DNA of 64,000 nt, from assembly GCA_035524015.1 (NCBI GenBank), contig DATKPS010000105.1:11680-75679 (forward strand), written 5' to 3'. The translations under genes and the position numbers were made by a program. Positions 56,538 to 64,000 of this stretch are shown here, in pieces. The notes beneath the pieces are model-generated. The model was not told the origin of the DNA, did no database searches, and saw only the letters and a program-made list of their open reading frames with translations. Numbering within the stretch: the first letter of the stretch is position 1; the number at the start of each line of letters is the position of its first letter. Origin of the DNA: Candidatus Sulfotelmatobacter sp. Lineage in GTDB: Bacteria; Acidobacteriota; Terriglobia; Acidiferrales; UBA7541.

Positions 56538-58676
56538 TCAGTGCAAACTGTGCACTAAAACGTACATATGGTGGCCGTAGTACACGAGCAAAACGGCCAG
56601 TCCGAAAAGAATGAAGACGGCATAGCTGGAAAACACCCCGCTTTGCAGCATGCGGATCGGATGGCTCAGCGAACGCGTGAACTTGCCCACGAAATTGACC
56701 AGGCCGTCGACAACCCACTTGTCCCACCACATGGAAACTCGAGAGAAACCGCGCGCTACCGTGGCGGCGCCGTCCACGCCCAGGCCGTCGATCACCTTGG
56801 CATCGAGAAGACCAAAAGCCACGCTGAGGTCCTTGATGCGATTGACGAATAGCGCATCATACAGTTCGTCAACGTAATACTTATGGATCAGAAGATTGTG
56901 CAGACGTGGCCAGCGCGCGGCAATCTTCGAGTGCAGTTGCGGATGTTCCAGATAAAACTTGTACGCGAGCCAGATACCGAAACTGGCCACCGCGACCGAA
57001 ACGCACATCAGAAACAGTTCGAAAACGACAGTGTGATGCGCGAATTTCACCGCCACTGTTTCCGGAATTACACCGGTCATCACCGGCTCGAGAAACTCCT
57101 CGAACGAACTGCTGCCTCCCCACAGTGTCGGCAGGGCGAACCAACCGCCCACAATGGAAAGAGCCGCGAGAGTCATGAGGGGCACGGTCATGGAACTGGG
57201 CGACTCGTGGATGTGGTGTTCCACTTCCGGCGACACGCGAGACAGCCCGAAGAAAGCAAGGAAGAGCAAGCGGAACATGTAGAAGGCGGTGAGGCCTGCG
57301 GTGATTACTCCGATGATCCAGAGGAACAGATAGCGGTCAACGGCCGCGGAGCGGGCAAAAGCGTGGCCCAGGATTTCATCCTTGCTGAAGAATCCCGCAA
57401 GCGGAGGCATCCCAGCAATCGCCAATGTAGCAATCAAGAAAGGGCGAGACGTGGCCGGTATGGTGTTCCAAAGACCGCCCATTTTGCGCAGGTCCTGTTC
57501 GCCAGAAAGCGCGTGTATCACGCTGCCCGCGCCGAGGAAGAGCAGCGCCTTGAAGAAGGCGTGGGTCATCAGGTGGAAAATGCCCGCCGAGAACGCGCCG
57601 ACACCGAGAGCCAGGAACATGTAGCCGAGTTGGCTGATCGTGGAATACGCCAGGACCTTTTTGATGTCGGTCTGCGCCAGCGCCATAGACGCGGCGAAGA
57701 TCGCGGTAAGCGCGCCGACCACCGCCACCAGGTCCATGGCCAAGGGCGCCAACTGATAGATGGCGTTCATCCGCGCGACCATGTACACCCCGGCCGTCAC
57801 CATGGTGGCCGCGTGGATCAATGCACTGACGGGCGTCGGACCTTCCATCGCGTCGGGCAGCCATACGTACAGAGGTAACTGAGCCGATTTGCCGGTAGCC
57901 CCGATGAAAAGAAGGATGGCGATCACCGTCAGCACCGGAGCCCCGAACGCAATGCGCCCTTGGTCAAACATCGCCGCGAGGGTTTGATTGATGCCTGCAA
58001 ACGCGACAGGATCAGGCAGGCCCGCGGAGGTAAATCGAATCGTGCCAAAGGTGCTGGCGATGAAAAAGATACCCAGCAAGAAGCCGGTGTCGCCCACACG
58101 ATTCACAATGAATGCCTTTTTGCCGGCATCGGAGGCGGATTTTTTCAAAAAATAGAAACCAATCAGCAGATAGCTGCACAGCCCCACGCCTTCCCAGCCC
58201 ACGAAGAGCAACAACAGATTGTTGGCGAGCACCAGGGTCAGCATGGAAAACATGAACAGGTTGAGGTACCCGAAAAAGCGGTAGTAGCCTCCTTCGTGGG
58301 CCATGTAGCCGATGGAGTAGACGTGGATCAGGAAGCCCACACCCGTGACCACCAGAATCATCACGCAGGACAACGGATCCAGCAGATACCCCCAATCGGC
58401 GAGGAAGGGCACCAAGCCACCGACCGCGGGAATCGACCCGGGCGTTACCCACTCAAACAGGATCTGCTGGAACACACGTTGACCCGGCTCAAGACTAAGA
58501 AGCGCTAAGGCGGCGCCGGCGGCGTATAGGAAGGAGAGAAAAACGCTGCCAACACAAAAGAAATTCACCGCGCTCTTCGGCAGGAGACGCCCCAAGAAAA
58601 GCATGATCGTTGCGGAAATAAGTGGGAACAGCGGAATCAGCCAGAGGTGTTGGAGGAAGTAGTTGGAGGAGCTCAC
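56538..58676 (-). CDS. nuoL: NADH-quinone oxidoreductase subunit L (cluster 2)
   Basis: WLPDAMEGPTPVSALIHAATM; GTG start with GAGGAG RBS. Confidence 0.96.
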   Translation of the reverse strand: MSSSNYFLQHLWLIPLFPLISATIMLFLGRLLPKSAVNFFCVGSVFLSFLYAAGAALALLSLEPGQRVFQQILFEWVTPGSIPAVGGLVPFLADWGYLLDPLSCVMILVVTGVGFLIHVYSIGYMAHEGGYYRFFGYLNLFMFSMLTLVLANNLLLLFVGWEGVGLCSYLLIGFYFLKKSASDAGKKAFIVNRVGDTGFLLGIFFIASTFGTIRFTSAGLPDPVAFAGINQTLAAMFDQGRIAFGAPVLTVIAILLFIGATGKSAQLPLYVWLPDAMEGPTPVSALIHAATMVTAGVYMVARMNAIYQLAPLAMDLVAVVGALTAIFAASMALAQTDIKKVLAYSTISQLGYMFLALGVGAFSAGIFHLMTHAFFKALLFLGAGSVIHALSGEQDLRKMGGLWNTIPATSRPFLIATLAIAGMPPLAGFFSKDEILGHAFARSAAVDRYLFLWIIGVITAGLTAFYMFRLLFLAFFGLSRVSPEVEHHIHESPSSMTVPLMTLAALSIVGGWFALPTLWGGSSSFEEFLEPVMTGVIPETVAVKFAHHTVVFELFLMCVSVAVASFGIWLAYKFYLEHPQLHSKIAARWPRLHNLLIHKYYVDELYDALFVNRIKDLSVAFGLLDAKVIDGLGVDGAATVARGFSRVSMWWDKWVVDGLVNFVGKFTRSLSHPIRMLQSGVFSSYAVFILFGLAVLLVYYGHHMYVLVHSLH

Positions 58677-58710
58677 GGGCGACTCGCTCCTCTTGTGAAT
58701 ATGAGCGGCG

Positions 58711-59013
58711 CTACCATTTGAGTAGATCCATTTCGTCGGCCAGCAAGGTTTCGCGGTTGCGGAAAAACGCAATGATAATGCCCAGCCCGATAGCGGCTTC
58801 GGCGGCAGCGTCCGCAATAATGAACAGAGCGAAAACCTGTCCACTGACGTCCCCAAAAATGCGGGAGAAGAGAACGAGGTTGATGTTCACCGCGTTGAGG
58901 ATCAATTCGATGGACATCAGCACCACGATCACATTGCGACGCGTGACCACTCCAATGCAGCCGATCAGGAACAAGGCGAAGCTCAGAAACAGATAGTGCG
59001 CGGGCGACATCAT
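58711..59013 (-). CDS. nuoK: NADH-quinone oxidoreductase subunit K (cluster 2)
   Basis: SIELILNAVN, AAAEAAIGL. Confidence 0.96.
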   Translation of the reverse strand: MMSPAHYLFLSFALFLIGCIGVVTRRNVIVVLMSIELILNAVNINLVLFSRIFGDVSGQVFALFIIADAAAEAAIGLGIIIAFFRNRETLLADEMDLLKW

Positions 59014-59543
59014 GATTCGCTGGTCCTTTTCCTGCTCTTCGCCATCACCACCGCGCCCACCATAGCGACGAGCAGCAAAACGCTGGCGATTTCGAAAGGC
59101 AGCAAATAGTCGCTGAACAGGCTCTTCGCCAGGGCTTCGGAGTTGGGGGGCAGTTTGTCCGCAGGCGCGCTTCCTTGAATCAGTAAGCCATTGCCGGGAA
59201 GTTTGCGCGCCAGCAGCAGGATAACCACGCCTTCCAGGGCCAGCGCCAGGACAACCAGGAAAGCCACGAACCGCTGCATCCGGAACCGGATCTGGTGGAT
59301 CGGTGCGTCAAGGCGAACCAGCATGATCACGAAGATGAACAGCACCATGATGCCGCCGACGTACAGAATAATTTGCGTGATGAACAGGAACTCTGCGCGC
59401 AACTGCAGGAAGATCCCCGCGATGGCCAACAGCGTCGACACCAGGCACACCGCGGAATGCAGCGCATTACGACGCGTCACCATCAGCGCGGCACTCAGTA
59501 CCGCGACGCCGGCGAAGAAGTAAAACAGGATGCTATCCAGCAT
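59010..59543 (-). CDS. nuoJ: NADH-quinone oxidoreductase subunit J (cluster 2)
   Basis: QIILYVGGIMVLFIFVIML, LPFE. Confidence 0.95.
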   Translation of the reverse strand: MLDSILFYFFAGVAVLSAALMVTRRNALHSAVCLVSTLLAIAGIFLQLRAEFLFITQIILYVGGIMVLFIFVIMLVRLDAPIHQIRFRMQRFVAFLVVLALALEGVVILLLARKLPGNGLLIQGSAPADKLPPNSEALAKSLFSDYLLPFEIASVLLLVAMVGAVVMAKSRKRTSES

Positions 59544-60924
59544 AAGAATCCGATGGCACTGCCGATGCAGACGACGCGGCAGTGGCATGTTTATCGTGCA
59601 ACCGCACCAGGAACACGGACACCGCCAGGGTGAAAGCGGTGGTAACTATCACGGCCAGCCAACGGTTCCATCCAAATTCGCTGCTCAGGAACATGGCAAC
59701 GCCTACGGAGAAGACGTTGACGATCGCCAAGGGAATCAGAATGTACCACCCGAGGTGCATCAACTGGTCAAACCGATAACGCGGCAAAGTAAAACGAAGC
59801 CACATGAATACATAAATGTAGCCAGACACTTTCAGCAGGAACCAGAAAGCGCCATTGAGCCCGGGAACGGCAAATCTTAACGGGCTAGCGACCCACGGCA
59901 CCAGATAGATCAGCGCTACGCCAAAACAGCACAGCGCCACCGCCCACATAAAACCGAATTGCACTTTCACCGGCTGCTTCCCGGCCCTGTAGATGCAATA
60001 CACACTGAGCCCGCCGATCAAAAGCCCAGGGAGTACGCCCATCGGTATATCCAGCCAGTGGACGTTCGAGAACGGACGCAGCCAGCCACCGAGGAACAGC
60101 GTCGTAGCCACCGACGCGACCACGATCATGTTGGCGTACTCGCCCAGGAAGTACAGCGCCCACCGGAAGCCGCTGTATTCGGTCATGTAACCGGCCACCA
60201 GCTCGGACTCAGCCTCAGGCAGATCGAAGGGAGCGCGATTGGTTTCCGCGATGGAAGCGACGAGATAAGTGAAGAAGGCCACGGGTGCCAGGAAAATGAA
60301 CCACACGTGCTGGTCAGCTTGCGCATCGACAATGGCACGAACCCTCAGCGTACCGGAGAGCAGCAACGCACTGATGATCGCGAGACCACCGGCGGTTTCG
60401 TAGCTAACGAGTTGCGCGGTGCTGCGCAGCGCTCCAATGATCGAGTAGTGGCTGTTGGAGGCCCACCCACCGAGAATCACCCCAAGGAAACCAAGCGAGC
60501 TCACGCCGATAACGAACAAGATGCCGATGTTAATGTCCTGCGCCACACGGAACGACGGGCCGAAGTAGATCGCCCCCATGGACGTCAGCGCCGCGACCAT
60601 GGAGATCACCGGCGCAAACCAGAAGATAAACGCATCCGCATCACGCGGGATGATGTCTTCTTTGATCAGCAGCTTCACCGCATCCGCGATCGGCTGCAGC
60701 AAACCGTGCGGGCCCACCCGCATGGGGCCCAGGCGCGCTTGCATGTCAGCCATCAGCTTGCGCTCGACCAGCACGACGTAGCCCGCAACTAGCGGCACGG
60801 CGGCGACAATCACTACGCCGCAAACCAGTTCCACCCACCAGGTTTTGAGGAAGTCCACCACCGCTTGCATCGCCGGGCTCAGGGAGAGGGCGCAGGCTAA
60901 AGCCTGTGCTGCTGCGTAGCTCAT
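59533..60924 (-). CDS. nuoH: NADH-quinone oxidoreductase subunit H (cluster 2)
   Basis: [39 protein letters not shown]. Confidence 0.96.
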   Translation of the reverse strand: MSYAAAQALACALSLSPAMQAVVDFLKTWWVELVCGVVIVAAVPLVAGYVVLVERKLMADMQARLGPMRVGPHGLLQPIADAVKLLIKEDIIPRDADAFIFWFAPVISMVAALTSMGAIYFGPSFRVAQDINIGILFVIGVSSLGFLGVILGGWASNSHYSIIGALRSTAQLVSYETAGGLAIISALLLSGTLRVRAIVDAQADQHVWFIFLAPVAFFTYLVASIAETNRAPFDLPEAESELVAGYMTEYSGFRWALYFLGEYANMIVVASVATTLFLGGWLRPFSNVHWLDIPMGVLPGLLIGGLSVYCIYRAGKQPVKVQFGFMWAVALCCFGVALIYLVPWVASPLRFAVPGLNGAFWFLLKVSGYIYVFMWLRFTLPRYRFDQLMHLGWYILIPLAIVNVFSVGVAMFLSSEFGWNRWLAVIVTTAFTLAVSVFLVRLHDKHATAASSASAVPSDSYAG

Positions 60925-62063
60925 CGGTCTACCTCGCCGAGAACGATATCCAGCGTACCGATGACTGCAACCACATCAGCGACCAGATGCCCGCGAATCA
61001 TTTTATCGAGGGCCTGCAAATTCACGAACGAAGGCGGGCGGATGCGTACGCGATAAGGCTGCGTGGTACCGTCGCTGACGATGTAGTAGCCGAGAATGCC
61101 CTTAGGGGCTTCGATGGAGTGATAAATCTCGCCCGGAGCGGGTTTGATCACTTTGCCGACTTTGCCAAAGATTGGGCCTTCCGGAATGTTTTCGATGGCT
61201 TGCAGGCAGATCAGGCGCGACTGCCGCATTTCCTCCATGCGCACCATGTAACGATCGTAGGTGTCTCCGTTGGTGCCAATGGGAATTTCGAACTGGTAGC
61301 GGTCGTACGCGGCGTAAGGCTGTGCCTTGCGCAGGTCCCATTTGACCCCACTGGCGCGGAGGATCGGCCCGGTGGCCCCTAAAGCGATGCAGTCTGCGGC
61401 ACTGAGGACCCCGACATTGCGCGTGCGGCCAATCCAGATGCTGTTGCCCGTCAGCAAATCGACGTAGTCCTGAATGCGCCGCTCAAAATCCTTGCAGAAG
61501 CGCGCGACGTCTTGCTCGAAGCCATCGTAAGCTTCGTATTGCAAGCCGCCGATGCGGAAGGCGTGCGTGGTCAAGCGCGCGCCGCAATACTTCTCGAAAA
61601 TCTTCAGGATTTCTTCGCGCTCGCGGAAGCAATAAAACAGCGGCGTGAGCGCACCGATATCCAGCGCATGGGTGCCCAGCCATACCAAATGGCTGGCAAT
61701 GCGCTGCAGTTCCGTCAGGATCGTGCGAATCACGCGAGCGCGGATTGGCACTTCCACCTGGAGCAACTTTTCCACCGCTTCGCAGTAGCCGAGGCCGTTG
61801 CTCACCGCGGCGACATAATCCATGCGATCCACATAAGGAGCGAATTGCTGATAGGTGCGATTTTCCGCGATTTTTTCGACGCCACGATGGAGGTAGCCGA
61901 TCACGCACTCGGTGCCGCGTACCCGCTCGCCATCGAGTTTCAGCTTCACGCGCAGAACCCCGTGCGTCGAGGGATGCTGCGGTCCCATGTTGAGGACCAA
62001 TTCATCGGCGCCCAGCAGCGTGTTGTTCGGTTGCGACGCGTCGTTTTGGATGGTGTCTGCCAC
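60921..62063 (-). CDS. nuoD: NADH-quinone oxidoreductase subunit D (cluster 2)
   Basis: [26 protein letters not shown]; GTG start with AGGAG RBS. Confidence 0.96.
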   Translation of the reverse strand: MADTIQNDASQPNNTLLGADELVLNMGPQHPSTHGVLRVKLKLDGERVRGTECVIGYLHRGVEKIAENRTYQQFAPYVDRMDYVAAVSNGLGYCEAVEKLLQVEVPIRARVIRTILTELQRIASHLVWLGTHALDIGALTPLFYCFREREEILKIFEKYCGARLTTHAFRIGGLQYEAYDGFEQDVARFCKDFERRIQDYVDLLTGNSIWIGRTRNVGVLSAADCIALGATGPILRASGVKWDLRKAQPYAAYDRYQFEIPIGTNGDTYDRYMVRMEEMRQSRLICLQAIENIPEGPIFGKVGKVIKPAPGEIYHSIEAPKGILGYYIVSDGTTQPYRVRIRPPSFVNLQALDKMIRGHLVADVVAVIGTLDIVLGEVDR

Positions 62064-62074
62064 GTCTCCTCTGC

Positions 62075-62731
62075 TTACTGGCCGCTCTCGATACCGAGAT
62101 TTTCCCGGACCCACGCCGTGTCTTGCTGCAAAATGTCGTAGTCTTTGCGAAGCGGATGACCTGTCCACCCATCGGGCAGAAGAATCCGTTTCAGCCCGGG
62201 ATGGCCGGCGAATTCAATGCCGAACATGTCGAAAATTTCACGCTCGAGCCAATCCGCCGTAGGCCAAATGTTGACCACACTCGGCGGATGTTCGTTCGCG
62301 GCAACGGCCGCTTTCAGGCGGAGGCGGGTGTTGTTCGGAAACGAATACAAGATGGCCACCAGATCGAAACGCTTTTCGCGACGCGGCCAGTCGACCGCGG
62401 TGTAGTCCTCAAGAAGATCGAATTTCTCTTCGTCGCGGGAGTAACGGGCAATTTCGGAAAGCTGCGCGGCTTCGATGACGAGGTAGGGTTGTTTGCGATC
62501 TTCCAGCGCATCCAAGATCGCGGCGCCAAAGCGCGCACGATAGCGTTGCACCAACTCGTTATCGAGAGGAATTTGCAGCGGCGCCGCAGCTTTTGGCGCG
62601 GGCGCGGCCGGCTTTACTGCCGCGGGCGCAGTCGGCGCGGGCGCGCTCTTGGGCGGAGGCGCAGGCGCAGTGGCTTTCGGCTCCGGTTGCGTACTCTCAG
62701 ACTCTTGGGATGGCTTGGACTCGTCTGCCAT
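62075..62731 (-). CDS. nuoC: NADH-quinone oxidoreductase subunit C (cluster 2), Pro/Ala-rich N-terminus
   Basis: [29 protein letters not shown]. Confidence 0.95.
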   Translation of the reverse strand: MADESKPSQESESTQPEPKATAPAPPPKSAPAPTAPAAVKPAAPAPKAAAPLQIPLDNELVQRYRARFGAAILDALEDRKQPYLVIEAAQLSEIARYSRDEEKFDLLEDYTAVDWPRREKRFDLVAILYSFPNNTRLRLKAAVAANEHPPSVVNIWPTADWLEREIFDMFGIEFAGHPGLKRILLPDGWTGHPLRKDYDILQQDTAWVRENLGIESGQ

Positions 62732-62918
62732 GGACCCTGGGACCAATAGGTTGCGATACCACCATCAGAAGAATGAGAACAGAACGCCCTGAACTTGACT
62801 CCCTAGCCATGGTTGCAAAAAAGCTGCGTGCGTAAGGGAGGAGCGAGAAATGCGCAACCATCCTGCAATGCGGATACGGCAATCCGCGACCTGGCAGCTA
62901 TTCTCATCGTTCACTGCG

Positions 62919-62947
62919 TTTCTAACATAGGAGAAAAGGGCAGTCAA
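62919..62947 (-). promoter_or_regulatory. Putative internal sigma70-type promoter upstream of nuoC (cluster 2)
   Basis: TTGACT-17 bp-TAGAAA with TGn extension. Confidence 0.45.
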
Positions 62948-63082
62948 TGCGCCGCAGCACAGACAGAGGAAAACTTTGCCGTTCCCCACCAAGCAGCATG
63001 ATCCAAATCTCTCCGTCTTCGCACCCGTATCCAAAAAGACGACCGTGGCCCATGAACCCCGCTGCATGACGGCTCTCTCTTC

Positions 63083-63386
63083 GTAGGGGCGCAGGATTCC
63101 TGCGCCCCATGTCCGCACCATCACCGCGTCTTGAGTTCCTTTGGGCAGGGTGCCGACGCCCTGACGCAGGAAGGGAAGCGGGCCGCTGCTTTTCCAATCG
63201 CTCTTGCCTCGACGTCAAAAGAAAGCACTGTCATCCTGAGCGAAGCGAAGGATCTCAACGTATAGCGCTAGCACAATGGACGATGGGGGCGACAATAATC
63301 GTCTGAGATGGTTCGTCGCAAAACGACGCACCCCAGGAGGACAGCCTCTAGCCAAGGTTGTGCATTCCGAGTGAAGCGAGGAATCT
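63083..63386. repeat. Cluster of REP-like palindromes in the nuoA-nuoC gap
   Basis: GTAGGGGCGCAGGATTCCTGCGCCCC (63083-63108); TGTCATCCTGAGCGAAGCGAAGGATCT (63229-63255); related CATTCCGAGTGAAGCGAGGAATCT (63363-63386). Confidence 0.7.
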
Positions 63387-63413
63387 GCTTTTTGTAAGGA
63401 GAAACAGCGGGAT

Positions 63414-63788
63414 TCACGCCCAGTCTAGCGCGCCTTTTTTGTACAGCCAGATATAACCGACCACCAAAACACCGAGGAAGACAAACATGGAGGTGAGTGC
63501 AAACACGCCGAGATGATCGGCCAGCCAGGAACGGTACAGAATCGCCCAAGGGATCAGGAAAATGGTCTCGGCATCGAAGATCACGAAGAGAATCGCAACC
63601 ACATAGTAGCGAGCCGAGTAGCGCCCACGGGCATTGCTCTCGGCGGGCACGCCGCACTCATAAGGGAGAAACTTCGCCGGGCCGCCACGCGATTCGGGTC
63701 GAATCAATTTGAAAAGAAGCAGTGCAAGAACCGGAAACGACAGAACCAGCAGAGCGAAGATAAGCACCGGAATGTAGGCAGCAGGCAT
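63414..63788 (-). CDS. nuoA: NADH-quinone oxidoreductase subunit A (cluster 2)
   Basis: PYECG, FVIFDAE, YKKGALDWA. Confidence 0.95.
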   Translation of the reverse strand: MPAAYIPVLIFALLVLSFPVLALLLFKLIRPESRGGPAKFLPYECGVPAESNARGRYSARYYVVAILFVIFDAETIFLIPWAILYRSWLADHLGVFALTSMFVFLGVLVVGYIWLYKKGALDWA

Positions 63789-63853
63789 GGTTGCGTCTCT
63801 TTCGGATGCTAGCACACAAAAAGGGGCCAAGCGCAAGGAGGGTCGTCACGAAA

Positions 63854-63906
63854 TTTGGAGTGCGGCGCCTCGCTTGCCCTGAGTTCTTGCGAAGGGCCGC
63901 CGCTTT
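63854..63906. repeat. GGAG-type REP-like palindrome
   Basis: TTTGGAGTGCGGCG...GCCGCCGCTTT with internal insert. Confidence 0.5.
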
Positions 63907-64000
63907 GACGGTTTAAGCAATTCCGCGAAACTTGGCCGCTGGGGCCGGAGAACTTACTTTTCGAAGAGCAGTTCCCCGGCACGTTGCGTGGCTTTCACCA

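Noticed and set aside
43370-58676. 2M-type complex I (duplicated nuoM) or Mrp antiporter
   Set aside because: Each cluster has a single L, M and N in canonical nuo context
36094-62063. Either NuoD as a group 4 NiFe-hydrogenase large subunit
   Set aside because: No CxxC Ni-binding motifs; both end in GEVDR and retain quinone-site residues
62765-63124. 119-aa ORF in the nuoA-nuoC gap
   Set aside because: Runs through a REP-like palindrome and a promoter-like region; no recognisable protein features
63335-63346. GCPP codons as a nuoB remnant
   Set aside because: Four residues only, at the wrong end of the gap, with no other NuoB motifs (CC, GAC)
63954-64000. 3' end of a possible upstream CDS on the - strand (...RAGELLFEK*)
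   Set aside because: Too short to identify
1-64000. CRISPR array, tRNA/rRNA, transposase or prophage genes
   Set aside because: No regularly spaced repeats, RNA gene signatures or mobile-element proteins recognised by eye

Overview
A GC-rich bacterial chromosome segment, probably Acidobacteria (inferred from gene content and order, split nuo/atp organisation and repeat types). The left half (1-35 kb) holds: an Mla/Mce ABC operon preceded by an RsbW-like kinase and a DSSG-type STAS protein; a nucleoside hydrolase; yihY-mscS-malQ; a sigma54 activator flanked by two -24/-12 promoters that share an upstream palindrome (one drives DUF3300-DUF2950, followed by an ion channel gene); two SpoIIE phosphatases; a Ser-rich repeat protein behind a near-perfect sigma28 promoter; a Tat serine hydrolase; two APC permeases; thiE, thiS and ribA; a GbsR/DCC/DUF805 cassette ending in a frameshifted epimerase remnant; and an orphan LytS-type kinase. 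The right half (35-64 kb) holds two convergent complex I clusters: nuoA,C,D,EF(fused),G,H,J,K,L,M,N on + and a headless nuoA,C,D,H,J,K,L,M,N on -, the latter running directly into the Fo genes atpZ-atpI-atpB-atpE. Both clusters lack nuoB and nuoI. A FixL-like PAS hybrid kinase and a Cys-bearing Crp/Fnr regulator lie between them. No rRNA, tRNA, CRISPR array or transposase was recognised. All calls come from reading motifs by eye; no database search was run.
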